Source: an uncultured Clostridia bacterium
GTDB lineage: Bacteria > Acidobacteriota > Aminicenantia > UBA2199
Assembly: GCA_964465065.1 (NCBI GenBank)
Contig: CAYXHZ010000006.1
Span: 1,185-65,184 of the forward strand
Length of the DNA: 64,000 bases
Direction: 5' to 3'
Notes under the pieces: model-generated
Database searches by the model: none
Seen by the model: only the letters and a program-made list of their open reading frames with translations
Told to the model about the DNA's origin: nothing
Made by a program: the position numbers and the translations under genes
Shown: positions 53,067-62,450 of the stretch, piece after piece
Position numbering within the stretch: the stretch's first letter is position 1
Layout: each line of letters opens with the position of its first letter

Positions 53067-54406
53067 TGTGTTTCCCCTATGCTGTCCACGATAAAAGAAT
53101 GCAAACGATCTATCCAGGTGTCGACGACCTGCATGTCGTCGGCTTCGACCATGATCCGGATCTTGGGCTCGGTACCCGAATAACGGATCAGCAACCGGGC
53201 CTGCTTTGCGGCCGTCTCCCGCCGGAATTCCTCCTGCAGGGCCTGCAAGCCGGGCCAGTCCTCAAGACGCGGTTTTTGCGTTACCCGCAGACTTTGCAGC
53301 CGCTGCGGGAAACGCGTCATGCGGAAATCCCGCCCCAGCTCGTTCAAGGCCATGAAATGATGCAGAGCGGTCAACAGGCCGTCGCCGCTGCGCTGCAGCG
53401 AACGGATGATGACATGCCCCGAAGACTCCCCGCCCAGTTCGGCGTCGAATTGCTGCATCTGGCGGTAAACATGGCGGTCGCCGACATCGGCCCGAACCAG
53501 TTCGACACCCAACGAACGCAGAGAACATTCCAGTCCCAGGTTGGACATGACGGTTCCGACCACGACAGGCCGGAAATCGGGCGTCCGTTTGAGTCGATAT
53601 CCGGCCAGCAAATACAGGATGTCGTCGCCGTCGCTGATCCGGCCGTCCCGGCCGTCTACCAGCAAGACCCGGTCGCCGTCGCCGTCGAAAGCGATGCCCC
53701 AATCGGCGCCTTCGCTCCTGACTTTTTCCAGCAGCGCTTCCGGGTACTGCGAGCCGCAGCGCTCGTTGATGTTGCGACCGTCGGGCTGGTCGGACCGGAC
53801 AATCAGCCGGGCGCCGGTCCGCGCCAACACTTCGGGTGCCACACCGCACATGGCCCCGTTGGCCGTATCGACCAACAGGCTGAGACCGCGCAGGTCGATC
53901 CGGCTGGCCTGATCGAGCAGAAAATCCAGGTATGGCCGGGGATCGGCATCCAGCACCGGCGCGCTGGCCGCATGGGTAGAACCGGCAAGGCTCCGACCGG
54001 GGCTTTGTTCCCGGAAAATTCGGCTGATCTTCGCTTCCAGCTCATCGGGAATCTTCTCGCCGCAGGCGTTGAAGAGTTTGATGCCGTTGTCCTCGGCCGG
54101 ATTGTGGGAGGCGGTGATCATCATCCCGTACCTCCAATTCCCGTGCCCCAGCAGGTAAGACAGTCCCGGAGTGGGCAACACGCCAAGTCTGCCGACCGGA
54201 CAATGTCCGGCCAGACCGTCCATGACCCGATTCAGTATTTCCGGCCCCGAAAAGCGGGTGTCCATCGCCGTCAGCAGGGCCGCCCCGTCCATGACCGAGG
54301 CCATGGCCGCCCCCAGACGACGCAAGCCGTCAGCTGTAAACGGAAAATCGCCGAACCTGCCCCGAATGCCATCGGTACCGAACAGAGATTCCGCAGTCAA
54401 CGACAT
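53063..54406 (-). CDS. glmM: Phosphoglucosamine mutase
   Basis: LFGTDGIRG.., ..ITASHNPAEDNGIKLF.. (active-site Ser), ..GDGDR... Confidence 0.9.
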   Translation of the reverse strand: MSLTAESLFGTDGIRGRFGDFPFTADGLRRLGAAMASVMDGAALLTAMDTRFSGPEILNRVMDGLAGHCPVGRLGVLPTPGLSYLLGHGNWRYGMMITASHNPAEDNGIKLFNACGEKIPDELEAKISRIFREQSPGRSLAGSTHAASAPVLDADPRPYLDFLLDQASRIDLRGLSLLVDTANGAMCGVAPEVLARTGARLIVRSDQPDGRNINERCGSQYPEALLEKVRSEGADWGIAFDGDGDRVLLVDGRDGRISDGDDILYLLAGYRLKRTPDFRPVVVGTVMSNLGLECSLRSLGVELVRADVGDRHVYRQMQQFDAELGGESSGHVIIRSLQRSGDGLLTALHHFMALNELGRDFRMTRFPQRLQSLRVTQKPRLEDWPGLQALQEEFRRETAAKQARLLIRYSGTEPKIRIMVEADDMQVVDTWIDRLHSFIVDSIGETQ

Positions 54407-54409
54407 CGG

Positions 54410-55096
54410 CTATTCCTTTTTTTCTTCATGACTGTTTTTCGGGCTGTCGACCACAAAGGTGACATCCACGCTGGCGGCGCCTTCGAAGCGGATGATTCCG
54501 TCCTGTTTGAGCAACGGCACCGTAATGACCTGGTTGCGGTCGATATCTTCCAGGTTGATGGCGGACTCTCCTTCGACACGGTCGATTTTGATGATCTGGG
54601 ACAGATAGCCGAACAGTACCACCCGTTCGGGGGAAAGACGACGTTCCAAAAGCCGGACGCCACCGGGCAATCGTCCCTTATAGATGATCCGGACAGGCAC
54701 TTCGCGGGTACTGAACTCGTCGCTGATCACCCGCACGATCCGCGGTTGAATCTGACGCACCTCGATCCCTTCCGGCACCTGCAGATAATCCTCGGAAAAG
54801 AAGGCACTCTCCCCGGCCCGTTTGACGTTCTGCAGGTCGATGTTGAGCGCCAGCGAGGAAGCATCGAGTTTTTCGATCAGGCTGGAGATGCCGTAAACCC
54901 TGACCAAGACCTTGGTCGGCTGGATTTCCCGGACATCGATATGCGCCAGAACACCGTGATAGGTGACCCCCACCTCCAGATTTTTCTCGGAATATGCCCG
55001 AGCCTGACCGACGACGAAGGCCCAGATCAGCAAAGACACCAGCAGGGCCAGCAGCTTGAGATGAAGGTTTTTGAACAACAGTTTTTTCGGGTTCAT
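54410..55096 (-). CDS. cdaR: YbbR-like domain protein CdaR (regulator of diadenylate cyclase)
   Basis: N-terminal TM segment plus tandem YbbR-like repeats. Lies between cdaA and glmM, as in canonical cdaA-cdaR-glmM operons. Confidence 0.75.
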   Translation of the reverse strand: MNPKKLLFKNLHLKLLALLVSLLIWAFVVGQARAYSEKNLEVGVTYHGVLAHIDVREIQPTKVLVRVYGISSLIEKLDASSLALNIDLQNVKRAGESAFFSEDYLQVPEGIEVRQIQPRIVRVISDEFSTREVPVRIIYKGRLPGGVRLLERRLSPERVVLFGYLSQIIKIDRVEGESAINLEDIDRNQVITVPLLKQDGIIRFEGAASVDVTFVVDSPKNSHEEKKE

Positions 55097-55854
55097 TTAT
55101 AAACGAATTGCTGCAGACGGGATTTCAGGCCTTCGCGGTCCAGTCCGCGTACAAGCTCTCCGTCCACGGCGAAAGAGATTTTACCGGTTTCCTCGGAAAC
55201 GACGATGACCACGCAGTCGGTCTGCTGGGTGATGCCGATGGCGGCCAGGTGACGGGTGCCGCTGGGACTCAGTTCCAACAGAGGCGGCAGGGGGAAAAAG
55301 CAACGGGCCGCCTCGATGCGCTCCTCCTTGATGACCACCGCGCCGTCGTGCAGCGGCGATCCCGGAGTGAAAATAGTCAGCAGCAGATCCTTGTTGACCA
55401 TGGCGTCCAGACGGACCGGTTTGTTGACGTAATTCTCGACCCGCATTTTCCGCTCGATGGCCATGATGGCGCCGATCCGCGACAGGGACAGGGCCATGAC
55501 GGCGTTGAGGATCTCGTCGAGCACTTCCGAGCGGACGCTGGCGCTGTACCGTTTCTTGAGCCGGCCGCCGATCTCGGCCAGGATGCGCCGGATTTCGTCC
55601 TGAAACAGGATGATGATGGCCAGGATCAGGTAGCTCAGGAAGGCGTTGAGTATGAAAGAAAAGGCGGTCAGCTGCAGCAATCGCCCGAATACGGCGGCCA
55701 CGCCGATCAGGATCAGGCCGACGGCCACCTGGTAAGATTTGGTGCCCTTGATCAGCAGGATCATGTAGTAGAAGATGACCGTCATGAACAGGATGTCCAG
55801 AAAATCGTTGAGCCCGAAACGGGAAAAAGCGTTGACCAGATGGCTCCAGTTCAT
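55093..55854 (-). CDS. cdaA: Diadenylate cyclase CdaA (DacA), membrane-anchored DAC domain
   Basis: Three N-terminal TM helices, then DAC motifs ..GAIMAIER.., ..LHDGAVVI.., ..GTRHLAAIGITQQTDCVVIVVSEETG... Confidence 0.85.
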   Translation of the reverse strand: MNWSHLVNAFSRFGLNDFLDILFMTVIFYYMILLIKGTKSYQVAVGLILIGVAAVFGRLLQLTAFSFILNAFLSYLILAIIILFQDEIRRILAEIGGRLKKRYSASVRSEVLDEILNAVMALSLSRIGAIMAIERKMRVENYVNKPVRLDAMVNKDLLLTIFTPGSPLHDGAVVIKEERIEAARCFFPLPPLLELSPSGTRHLAAIGITQQTDCVVIVVSEETGKISFAVDGELVRGLDREGLKSRLQQFVYK

Positions 55855-55887
55855 GATTCGTCCATTTTCGACCGCGGACCGGTCACC

Positions 55888-57774
55888 TCAAGCCTCTTCG
55901 GTCTCTTCGACGGCATCCTCAAGCGGTACCTTGATCGCTTCGCCGTTGAGTATACCTTGAATGTCGGCGGCGCTCAGACTCTCCCGTTCCAGCAGCGTCT
56001 GGGCGATGATTTCCATTTTCTCCCGGTTGGCTTCGATCAGCTCGCGGGCTTTCTTATAGGCGGTATCGATGATTTTACCGATCTCTTCGTCGATGAGACG
56101 GGCCGTCTCGTTGGAATAATCGCTCTGGTGCATCAGATCGCGCCCCAGAAAGACCATGTCGTCTTTGCGGCCGAGCACACGGGGTCCCAGCGAAGACATA
56201 CCCCATTCGCAGACCATTTTACGGGCGATCGAAGTGGCCCTTTCGAAATCGTTACCGGCTCCGGTGGTCTTGGTATCCAGAAAGACTTCTTCCGAGATGC
56301 GGCCGGCCAGGAGGATCTGCAGCTGGGCCTCCAGGTAGGTCTTGGAATAGGTGTATTTGTCGTTGAGCGGCAGCTGCTGGGTGACGCCCAAAGCCATCCC
56401 GCGCGGAATGATCGAAACCTTGTGAAGGGGATCGGCCTCCTTGGCCAGAGCGGCGATCAGCGCGTGACCGGCCTCGTGGTAGGCGGTGATCTTTTTTTCG
56501 TCCTCGGAAATGATCATGCTGCGGCGTTCCGCACCCATCATGACTTTGTCCTTGGCGTATTCGAAATCCTTCATGGTCACTTTTTTCTTGCCCTTACGCG
56601 AGGCGTACAGGGCGGCCTCGTTGACCATGTTGGCGATATCGGCACCGGAGAAACCGGGAGTGGAACGGGCCAGAACCTTGAGATCCACACCCTTGGCCAG
56701 CGGAGTCTTGCGAGTATGCACGCGCAGGATCTCTTCCCGGCCGCGCACATCCGGGGTGGACACCACCACCCGGCGGTCGAAGCGCCCCGGACGAAGCAGG
56801 GCGGAATCGAGGATGTCCGGCCGGTTGGTCGCCGCCACGATGATGATCCCTTCGTTGGCGTCAAAGCCGTCCATTTCGACCAGCAGCTGGTTGAGGGTCT
56901 GTTCCCGTTCATCGTGACCGCCGCCCAGGCCGGCGCCACGCTGACGGCCGACGGCGTCGATTTCATCGATGAAAATGATGCAGGGCGAATGCTTCTTGCC
57001 CTCTTCGAAAAGATCGCGGACCCGGGATGCCCCGACACCGACGAACAACTCGACGAAATCGGAACCCGATATCGAGAAAAAAGGCACGTTGGCCTCGCCG
57101 GCAATGGCTTTGGCCAGCAGGGTCTTGCCGGAACCGGGCGCCCCGACCAGCAGCACGCCTTTGGGGATCTTGCCGCCCAGGCGCTGGAACTTCTTGGGTT
57201 CCTTGAGGAACTCGATGATCTCTTCCAGCTCTTCCTTGGCCTCTTCGACACCGGCGACATCCTTGAAGGTCACCTTGCCTTTTTCACCGGAGAACATCCT
57301 GGCCTTGCTCTTGCCGAAAGTGAAGTTTTTACCGCCGGCCTGCTGGCGCATCATGAACATCCAGAAAAAGATGATCAGGATGAACGGCACCAGGTAGGAC
57401 AGCCAGGAGGCCCATTCGTTCTTGGTGATTTTCTCGATATCGATGACCACCCCGCCCTCGCGCAACAGGTCGACCAGGTTGGGGTAATTGAGGGGAATGG
57501 CGGTTTCGTAGCGCGTGACCAGGTGAGAGGTCCCGGACTGGCCGTTAGCGGTATCGGGGTCCATCTTGCCGGTCACCACGTTCGAAGAGATGTTCGCCGT
57601 ATGAATCTTCTTCTGCTGCACCAGGTCGAGAAACTCCGAAAATTTGAGGTTTTTCACCGACTGCGGTCCAAGCCGGGACAGGGTGCTCCACAGCGAGAAC
57701 ACGACAATACCCGATATGATCCAAATCAGAAGGCCCCGGGAACGTTTTTGGTTTAAGTTATTTAAATTCTTCAT
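55888..57774 (-). CDS. ftsH: ATP-dependent zinc metalloprotease FtsH
   Basis: Start at [18 protein letters not shown] (ATG 57774). [23 protein letters not shown] (Walker A), ..[11 protein letters not shown].., ..ATNRPDILD.. (SRH), HEAGHAL (Zn site). Confidence 0.9.
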   Translation of the reverse strand: MKNLNNLNQKRSRGLLIWIISGIVVFSLWSTLSRLGPQSVKNLKFSEFLDLVQQKKIHTANISSNVVTGKMDPDTANGQSGTSHLVTRYETAIPLNYPNLVDLLREGGVVIDIEKITKNEWASWLSYLVPFILIIFFWMFMMRQQAGGKNFTFGKSKARMFSGEKGKVTFKDVAGVEEAKEELEEIIEFLKEPKKFQRLGGKIPKGVLLVGAPGSGKTLLAKAIAGEANVPFFSISGSDFVELFVGVGASRVRDLFEEGKKHSPCIIFIDEIDAVGRQRGAGLGGGHDEREQTLNQLLVEMDGFDANEGIIIVAATNRPDILDSALLRPGRFDRRVVVSTPDVRGREEILRVHTRKTPLAKGVDLKVLARSTPGFSGADIANMVNEAALYASRKGKKKVTMKDFEYAKDKVMMGAERRSMIISEDEKKITAYHEAGHALIAALAKEADPLHKVSIIPRGMALGVTQQLPLNDKYTYSKTYLEAQLQILLAGRISEEVFLDTKTTGAGNDFERATSIARKMVCEWGMSSLGPRVLGRKDDMVFLGRDLMHQSDYSNETARLIDEEIGKIIDTAYKKARELIEANREKMEIIAQTLLERESLSAADIQGILNGEAIKVPLEDAVEETEEA

Positions 57775-57884
57775 TACACCGTACCGTTTACAATTTTTCC
57801 GTCCAGCCGTATGGCGTTTCGACAGCTGCGGTCGTATCATTATAGCATAAAAAAACAGCGACGCTGACAAATACCCGGAGAGAG

Positions 57885-60290
57885 ATGGTCGGCAAAAGCA
57901 CCTGTTTCTTTTTTCCCGCCGTCATTCTGCTCATTATTCTGCCTCTGGCCCCGCTGCGGCTGAACTGGCCGGTCATTGGCCCGCCAATGCTGTTTCTGGT
58001 TATTTCCTACCGTCTTTGCCGTCGTCTCACCCTGCGACGACTCCTGCTCGTCTGCCTGTTCCTGCTGACCTTGCTGGTCATCCGCAATCAACGCTTCACC
58101 AGACTGCAGCTGGCCCAGTCCCTGAATTTTCCCGTTCAGGAATACCTGGACCTGCACGGTACCGTGGCCAGCCAGATTCAGCCCCTGCCCGAGAAGGGAT
58201 TCAGTTTCATGCTGCGCAGCCATAGCATTCAATACCGCAGACGGAAACACGCGCTTGCCCTCAACTTCCAGGTCCGACTGCGACAGGGGCCCTTACCCGA
58301 AGGATTTGCCCGGGGTGCGGAAGTCGCGATCGCCGCGGCATTGTCTCCGCCCCGGGAGCGGTACAATTTCCATATGGCAAACGGTACGGCGCGGCTCCTG
58401 GCCAGCGGTACCGATTGGCTGGCTTCCTGCAAAAGCGCCCACATGATCGAGGTCGTCTCGCCGGCCCCGTCTCACTGGCGTCTGCTGCAAACCTGGCGGG
58501 AGGCCATGGACCGCGCCGTCGACCGCCTGCCGGTACCGGCAAGAAACGACACCTTGACCAAACTGATCATGAAATCGTCTTTTCTGGGTTACCCCTACAC
58601 CGGCGAACCCGATATATACCATGGCTTCATGGTCAGCGGCGGGCTGCACCTGTTGGCCATATCGGGTTCCCACATCGCCCTGATCACCGCATTCACGCTG
58701 TTCCTTTTTTCATGGCTGCCGCCCAACCTGCGCCGTTGGCTCTGCGCCGTCGTAATCCTGCTCTACCTGCTTCAGGCGGCGGCTCCCGTTTCCGCTCAGC
58801 GATCGGCCATCGTCGCCTGGGCCTGGCTCTGGGCCTCGCATCGGCAACGCAAGATGCACTTCACCCATATCCTGGGGCTGTCGGGTTGCCTGGACCTTGC
58901 GTGCAATCCGCTCATCGTTTTTTCGGCCGGCTTTTTCCTGACCTATGCCATCTGTTTCGCGCTGGCCTACTGGGCGGACTGGCTGGGCCTCAGCCCGCAA
59001 GCCCAGCCGCGCCCGCTGCGAACCCGCATCGCGACACTGCTGAAAACCCAGGGCTTGGCGATCCTGACCTCCACGCCGCTGACCCTGCATTTTTTCAACA
59101 ACGCCACCCTGAACGCTCTCCCGGCCGGCATGCTGATGATTCCCCTGTTCAGCCTTCTGCTTCCGGTGGCGGCAGCCTGCCTGCTGCTGTTCATGTTCAT
59201 TCCGGCCAGCGCCGGCGTCAGCCTCTTCCTGCTCAACCCACTGGTCAGCCTGCTGCAGACGACACTGGCCTTCTTTTCCCATTGGGACTGCCTGCTTTTT
59301 TACCGTCAGGCGCCGTCTATCGGCCTGATTCTGGTTTACCTGGCCTTGCTTTTGGGCTGCGGCCCCCTCCTGGGCAGAAAACAGCCCATCCGCATCGGCC
59401 TGCTGCCTCTGCTGGCAGTTATTGTGTTCCTGCTCCTGCCGGACCGACCCTACCGCCCCAGCCGGACCGAACTCCACACCCCGGATATCGGCCAGGGGGA
59501 GATACACGCCCTGATCTTTCCATCCGGAAAAAGCATGCTCATCGATTGTGGGGGAAGCCCGTTTTCCGATCAGCGCTCCGCAACCCAGCTGGTCAGTTCT
59601 TATCTGCTCAACAACCGGATTCATCCACAATGGATCGCCGTATCCCACTTCCACTCCGACCATTGCGGCACGCTACCCGAACTGATTCGCATATTTGCTC
59701 CCCGGCAGATCCTGCACTCCGAATGCCCGCAGGACAACCCGCTGTTCAACCAGTCCCGAAAAGCCAGCACGAAACGGACGCAGTGGCTCCCCGTCAAGAA
59801 AGGCGACAGCCTGACCATCGACGGCACCCGGCTGCACTGGCTCTACCCGGAACGAATCGCCCCCGCTGCGGCAGAGACGGAAAACGGACATTCCCAGGTC
59901 ATCCACGTCCAGACCCCGGATTTCACCATCCTCCTGTGCGGCGACATCGGCAGCCGCGAGGAATCCCGGCTGCTGGCCTCGGTGCCCGAAATCGACATTC
60001 TCAAAGTTCCCCATCACGGTTCGAAAGGTTCTTCATCCATGGATTTCCTGAAAACCGTCTCGCCCAAGTTGGCCCTCTTCCATTGCGACCGGCACAACCC
60101 GTTTCATTTCCCGCACCCGACCGTGCTGGACCGCTACCGGCAACTCGGCATCCCCTGCCGGTTCACCTGGCAGGGTGGTTTGATCATCAGCGGCATTCAC
60201 AGTCGAATCCGCCTGCGGTTGGCCTCGAAAACCCTGATCCCGGCGTTTGAACCACTTGTCCCAGACAGGGCCGCCATTCTTGATTTTTAA
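57885..60290 (+). CDS. comEC: ComEC/Rec2-family DNA internalization competence protein (DUF4131 + competence TM domain + C-terminal MBL fold)
   Basis: 801 aa, polytopic. The C-terminal MBL block is ..IAVSHFHSDHCG.., ..HHGSKGSS... Confidence 0.8.
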   Translation: MVGKSTCFFFPAVILLIILPLAPLRLNWPVIGPPMLFLVISYRLCRRLTLRRLLLVCLFLLTLLVIRNQRFTRLQLAQSLNFPVQEYLDLHGTVASQIQPLPEKGFSFMLRSHSIQYRRRKHALALNFQVRLRQGPLPEGFARGAEVAIAAALSPPRERYNFHMANGTARLLASGTDWLASCKSAHMIEVVSPAPSHWRLLQTWREAMDRAVDRLPVPARNDTLTKLIMKSSFLGYPYTGEPDIYHGFMVSGGLHLLAISGSHIALITAFTLFLFSWLPPNLRRWLCAVVILLYLLQAAAPVSAQRSAIVAWAWLWASHRQRKMHFTHILGLSGCLDLACNPLIVFSAGFFLTYAICFALAYWADWLGLSPQAQPRPLRTRIATLLKTQGLAILTSTPLTLHFFNNATLNALPAGMLMIPLFSLLLPVAAACLLLFMFIPASAGVSLFLLNPLVSLLQTTLAFFSHWDCLLFYRQAPSIGLILVYLALLLGCGPLLGRKQPIRIGLLPLLAVIVFLLLPDRPYRPSRTELHTPDIGQGEIHALIFPSGKSMLIDCGGSPFSDQRSATQLVSSYLLNNRIHPQWIAVSHFHSDHCGTLPELIRIFAPRQILHSECPQDNPLFNQSRKASTKRTQWLPVKKGDSLTIDGTRLHWLYPERIAPAAAETENGHSQVIHVQTPDFTILLCGDIGSREESRLLASVPEIDILKVPHHGSKGSSSMDFLKTVSPKLALFHCDRHNPFHFPHPTVLDRYRQLGIPCRFTWQGGLIISGIHSRIRLRLASKTLIPAFEPLVPDRAAILDF

Positions 60291-60314
60291 GTCCTGTTAC
60301 ACTATATTGACGGA

Positions 60315-60686
60315 ATGGCAGGCAAGAATATTTTAATAATCGACGACGAGGACTATATACGCGACCTTCTGGTCGACATGCTGACACTTGAAGGGTTTTT
60401 CTGTAACTCGGCGGCTACAACCGACCAGGCTTTGCAGCTACTGGCGCAAGCCGAGAACGCCTACAGCCTGATTCTGCTGGACCGTCACCTGGAGAACCAC
60501 AGCAGTGACGCTTTTCTGACCTGGGCACGGGAACAGCCGGATCTCCCTCCTGTCGTGCTGTTGACCGGAGACCACGATATCGGCGCCGACGAAGCCCGGC
60601 AGCTGGGTGCCCGGGATATTTTCTACAAGCCGTTCCAGATCAACGGACTGCTGACGCGAATCAAAGAATTGTTGGAGCAATCATGA
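60315..60686 (+). CDS. Single-domain CheY-like response regulator (receiver only)
   Basis: NILIIDDEDYIRDLL (acidic pocket), ..LILLDRHL.. (phospho-acceptor Asp), ..LTGD.., ..KPF... 123 aa with no output domain. ATGA overlap with the next gene. Confidence 0.8.
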   Translation: MAGKNILIIDDEDYIRDLLVDMLTLEGFFCNSAATTDQALQLLAQAENAYSLILLDRHLENHSSDAFLTWAREQPDLPPVVLLTGDHDIGADEARQLGARDIFYKPFQINGLLTRIKELLEQS

Positions 60687-62449
60687 ATATGACCATGCGG
60701 ATTTTCACCTCCCTTCTCCTGCTGAGCGTTTTCATCCCGGCCGCAACCGAGATCATGCCGTTGTCCGAGATCCGACCCGGCATGAAAGGCATCGGCAAGA
60801 CTATTTTCAAGGGATCCGAAATCGAACAGTTCGATTTCGAGATTCTGGGCATCATGGAAAACAACATGGGCCCCGGTAAATCGCTGATCTGGGCAGAGCT
60901 GAAGAATCCCATTCTGGCCGAAACCGGGGTCATGCAGGGCATGAGCGGCAGCCCGCTGTACATCGACGGCAAAATCATCGGTGCCGTGGCCTACGGCATG
61001 CCGTTTGCCAAAAGGCCCATCGCCGGTATCACCCCCATCCAGGACATGTTGACCAGCTCAAGTTACAACACTCCGACCATCAGCATCGAAATTTCCAACA
61101 TTTCCGCCGACTTCGACAAACAAAGCCTGCAGAACCTGTCGGACCGGCTGATGCAGGCCCTGGCCAGCCGTCTTCCTGGTCTAGGCGACAATACCCTGAC
61201 CCCCATCGAGCTGATCCGCACCGGTAACCGGTCGCTGCAGCAGACAAACCAGTTCATTCCCCTGCAGGGCGGCGCTCAGATTCAATCCTCGCTGACACCC
61301 AAACCGACCCCCGGCGACAAATTCAGCCTGCACGAAGCCGACGCTGTAGCCATCCCGTTGATCAGCGGCGACATGGAGTACACGGTTTCCGGGACCGTCA
61401 CCTACGTCAAAGACAAAGATGTCTACATGTTCGGACACCCTTTCTACAACCTGGGCACCGTCAATTTCCCCATGCACAAGGCCGAAGTGATCACCTCGTT
61501 CCCCTCCTACAACAACTCCTTCAAGATGCACCGTACCGGCCAGATGGTCGGCACCGTCAAACAGGACCGGCTATCCTCGGTCTACGGAGTACTGGGGGAA
61601 AAACCGGTGCTCATGCCGATGAAGCTGTTCCTGCGCAACCGCAACAAGACCGTCAATCTGGAGATCATCAACCACCCGCTTTTCAACCCGGTCCTGACCG
61701 GCCTGGCCCTGCTCAACACCTTCAGTTCCGAATACCAGGATTTCGGCTACCAGTCCCTGCGCGTCAACGGCCGCATTTTCATTGAAGGGCAAAAAAACAT
61801 TGAAATATCGGATTTTTACAGCGGAACTACCGCCTACAACGAATTCTCGAACCTGATGATCATGGTACAGTACCTGCTGCTCAACAACCAGGAGATGCCG
61901 GCTAAAATCCAGAAAATAGACTTCGAATTCGAAGGTTTCGAGGCCCTGCGCCGCTCGGCAATCCGCGACGTCATCATCAACAAACACCAATTCGCCCCCG
62001 GTGAGATCATCAATCTGCAAATCACCCTGCAGAACGAACGCGGACCGCTGGTCAGCGAGCAGATCAGCATCGAGACGCCCAGGCTGCCCGACGGCAGCAC
62101 CTTTTTTCTGTTCGTTGGCGGCAAGGACGAAATGCTCAATTTCGATTCCAAGAACGTGAAGTCCGACTTCATGCCCGACAGCCTGCGGGCCATCACCCGG
62201 GCCATCAACAACCTGCGCAAGAACAACCGTATCTACGTCAAACTGGCCTCCCCGCAGAAAGGTCTGTTCGTCAACGGCTACGAATACTCGCAGGTGCCGG
62301 ATACCCTCGGTTCCGTTTTCAATTTCAACCCCCACGAACAAACCCCGCCAAACGATATCAAGATGTCGACATTGACAGAGTACCAGGTCGACATCCCCAA
62401 TGTCGTCAGCGGCTGGAAATCGTTCAAACTGACCATCAAAGAGAGGTAA
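60683..62449 (+). CDS. SpoIVB/S55-type serine-peptidase-like protein with an apparently permuted domain order plus a roughly 250-aa C-terminal extension
   Basis: [25 protein letters not shown] near residue 95 matches the SpoIVB Ser378 block [35 protein letters not shown] (approx. residue 190) resembles IKVIPGGQSIG at the start of the PDZ domain. [20 protein letters not shown] (approx. residue 250) resembles the His236 block [21 protein letters not shown]. In SpoIVB the His block precedes the Ser block. The comparison is from memory of the B. subtilis sequence. Confidence 0.45.
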   Translation: [588 protein letters not shown]

Positions 62450-62450
62450 C

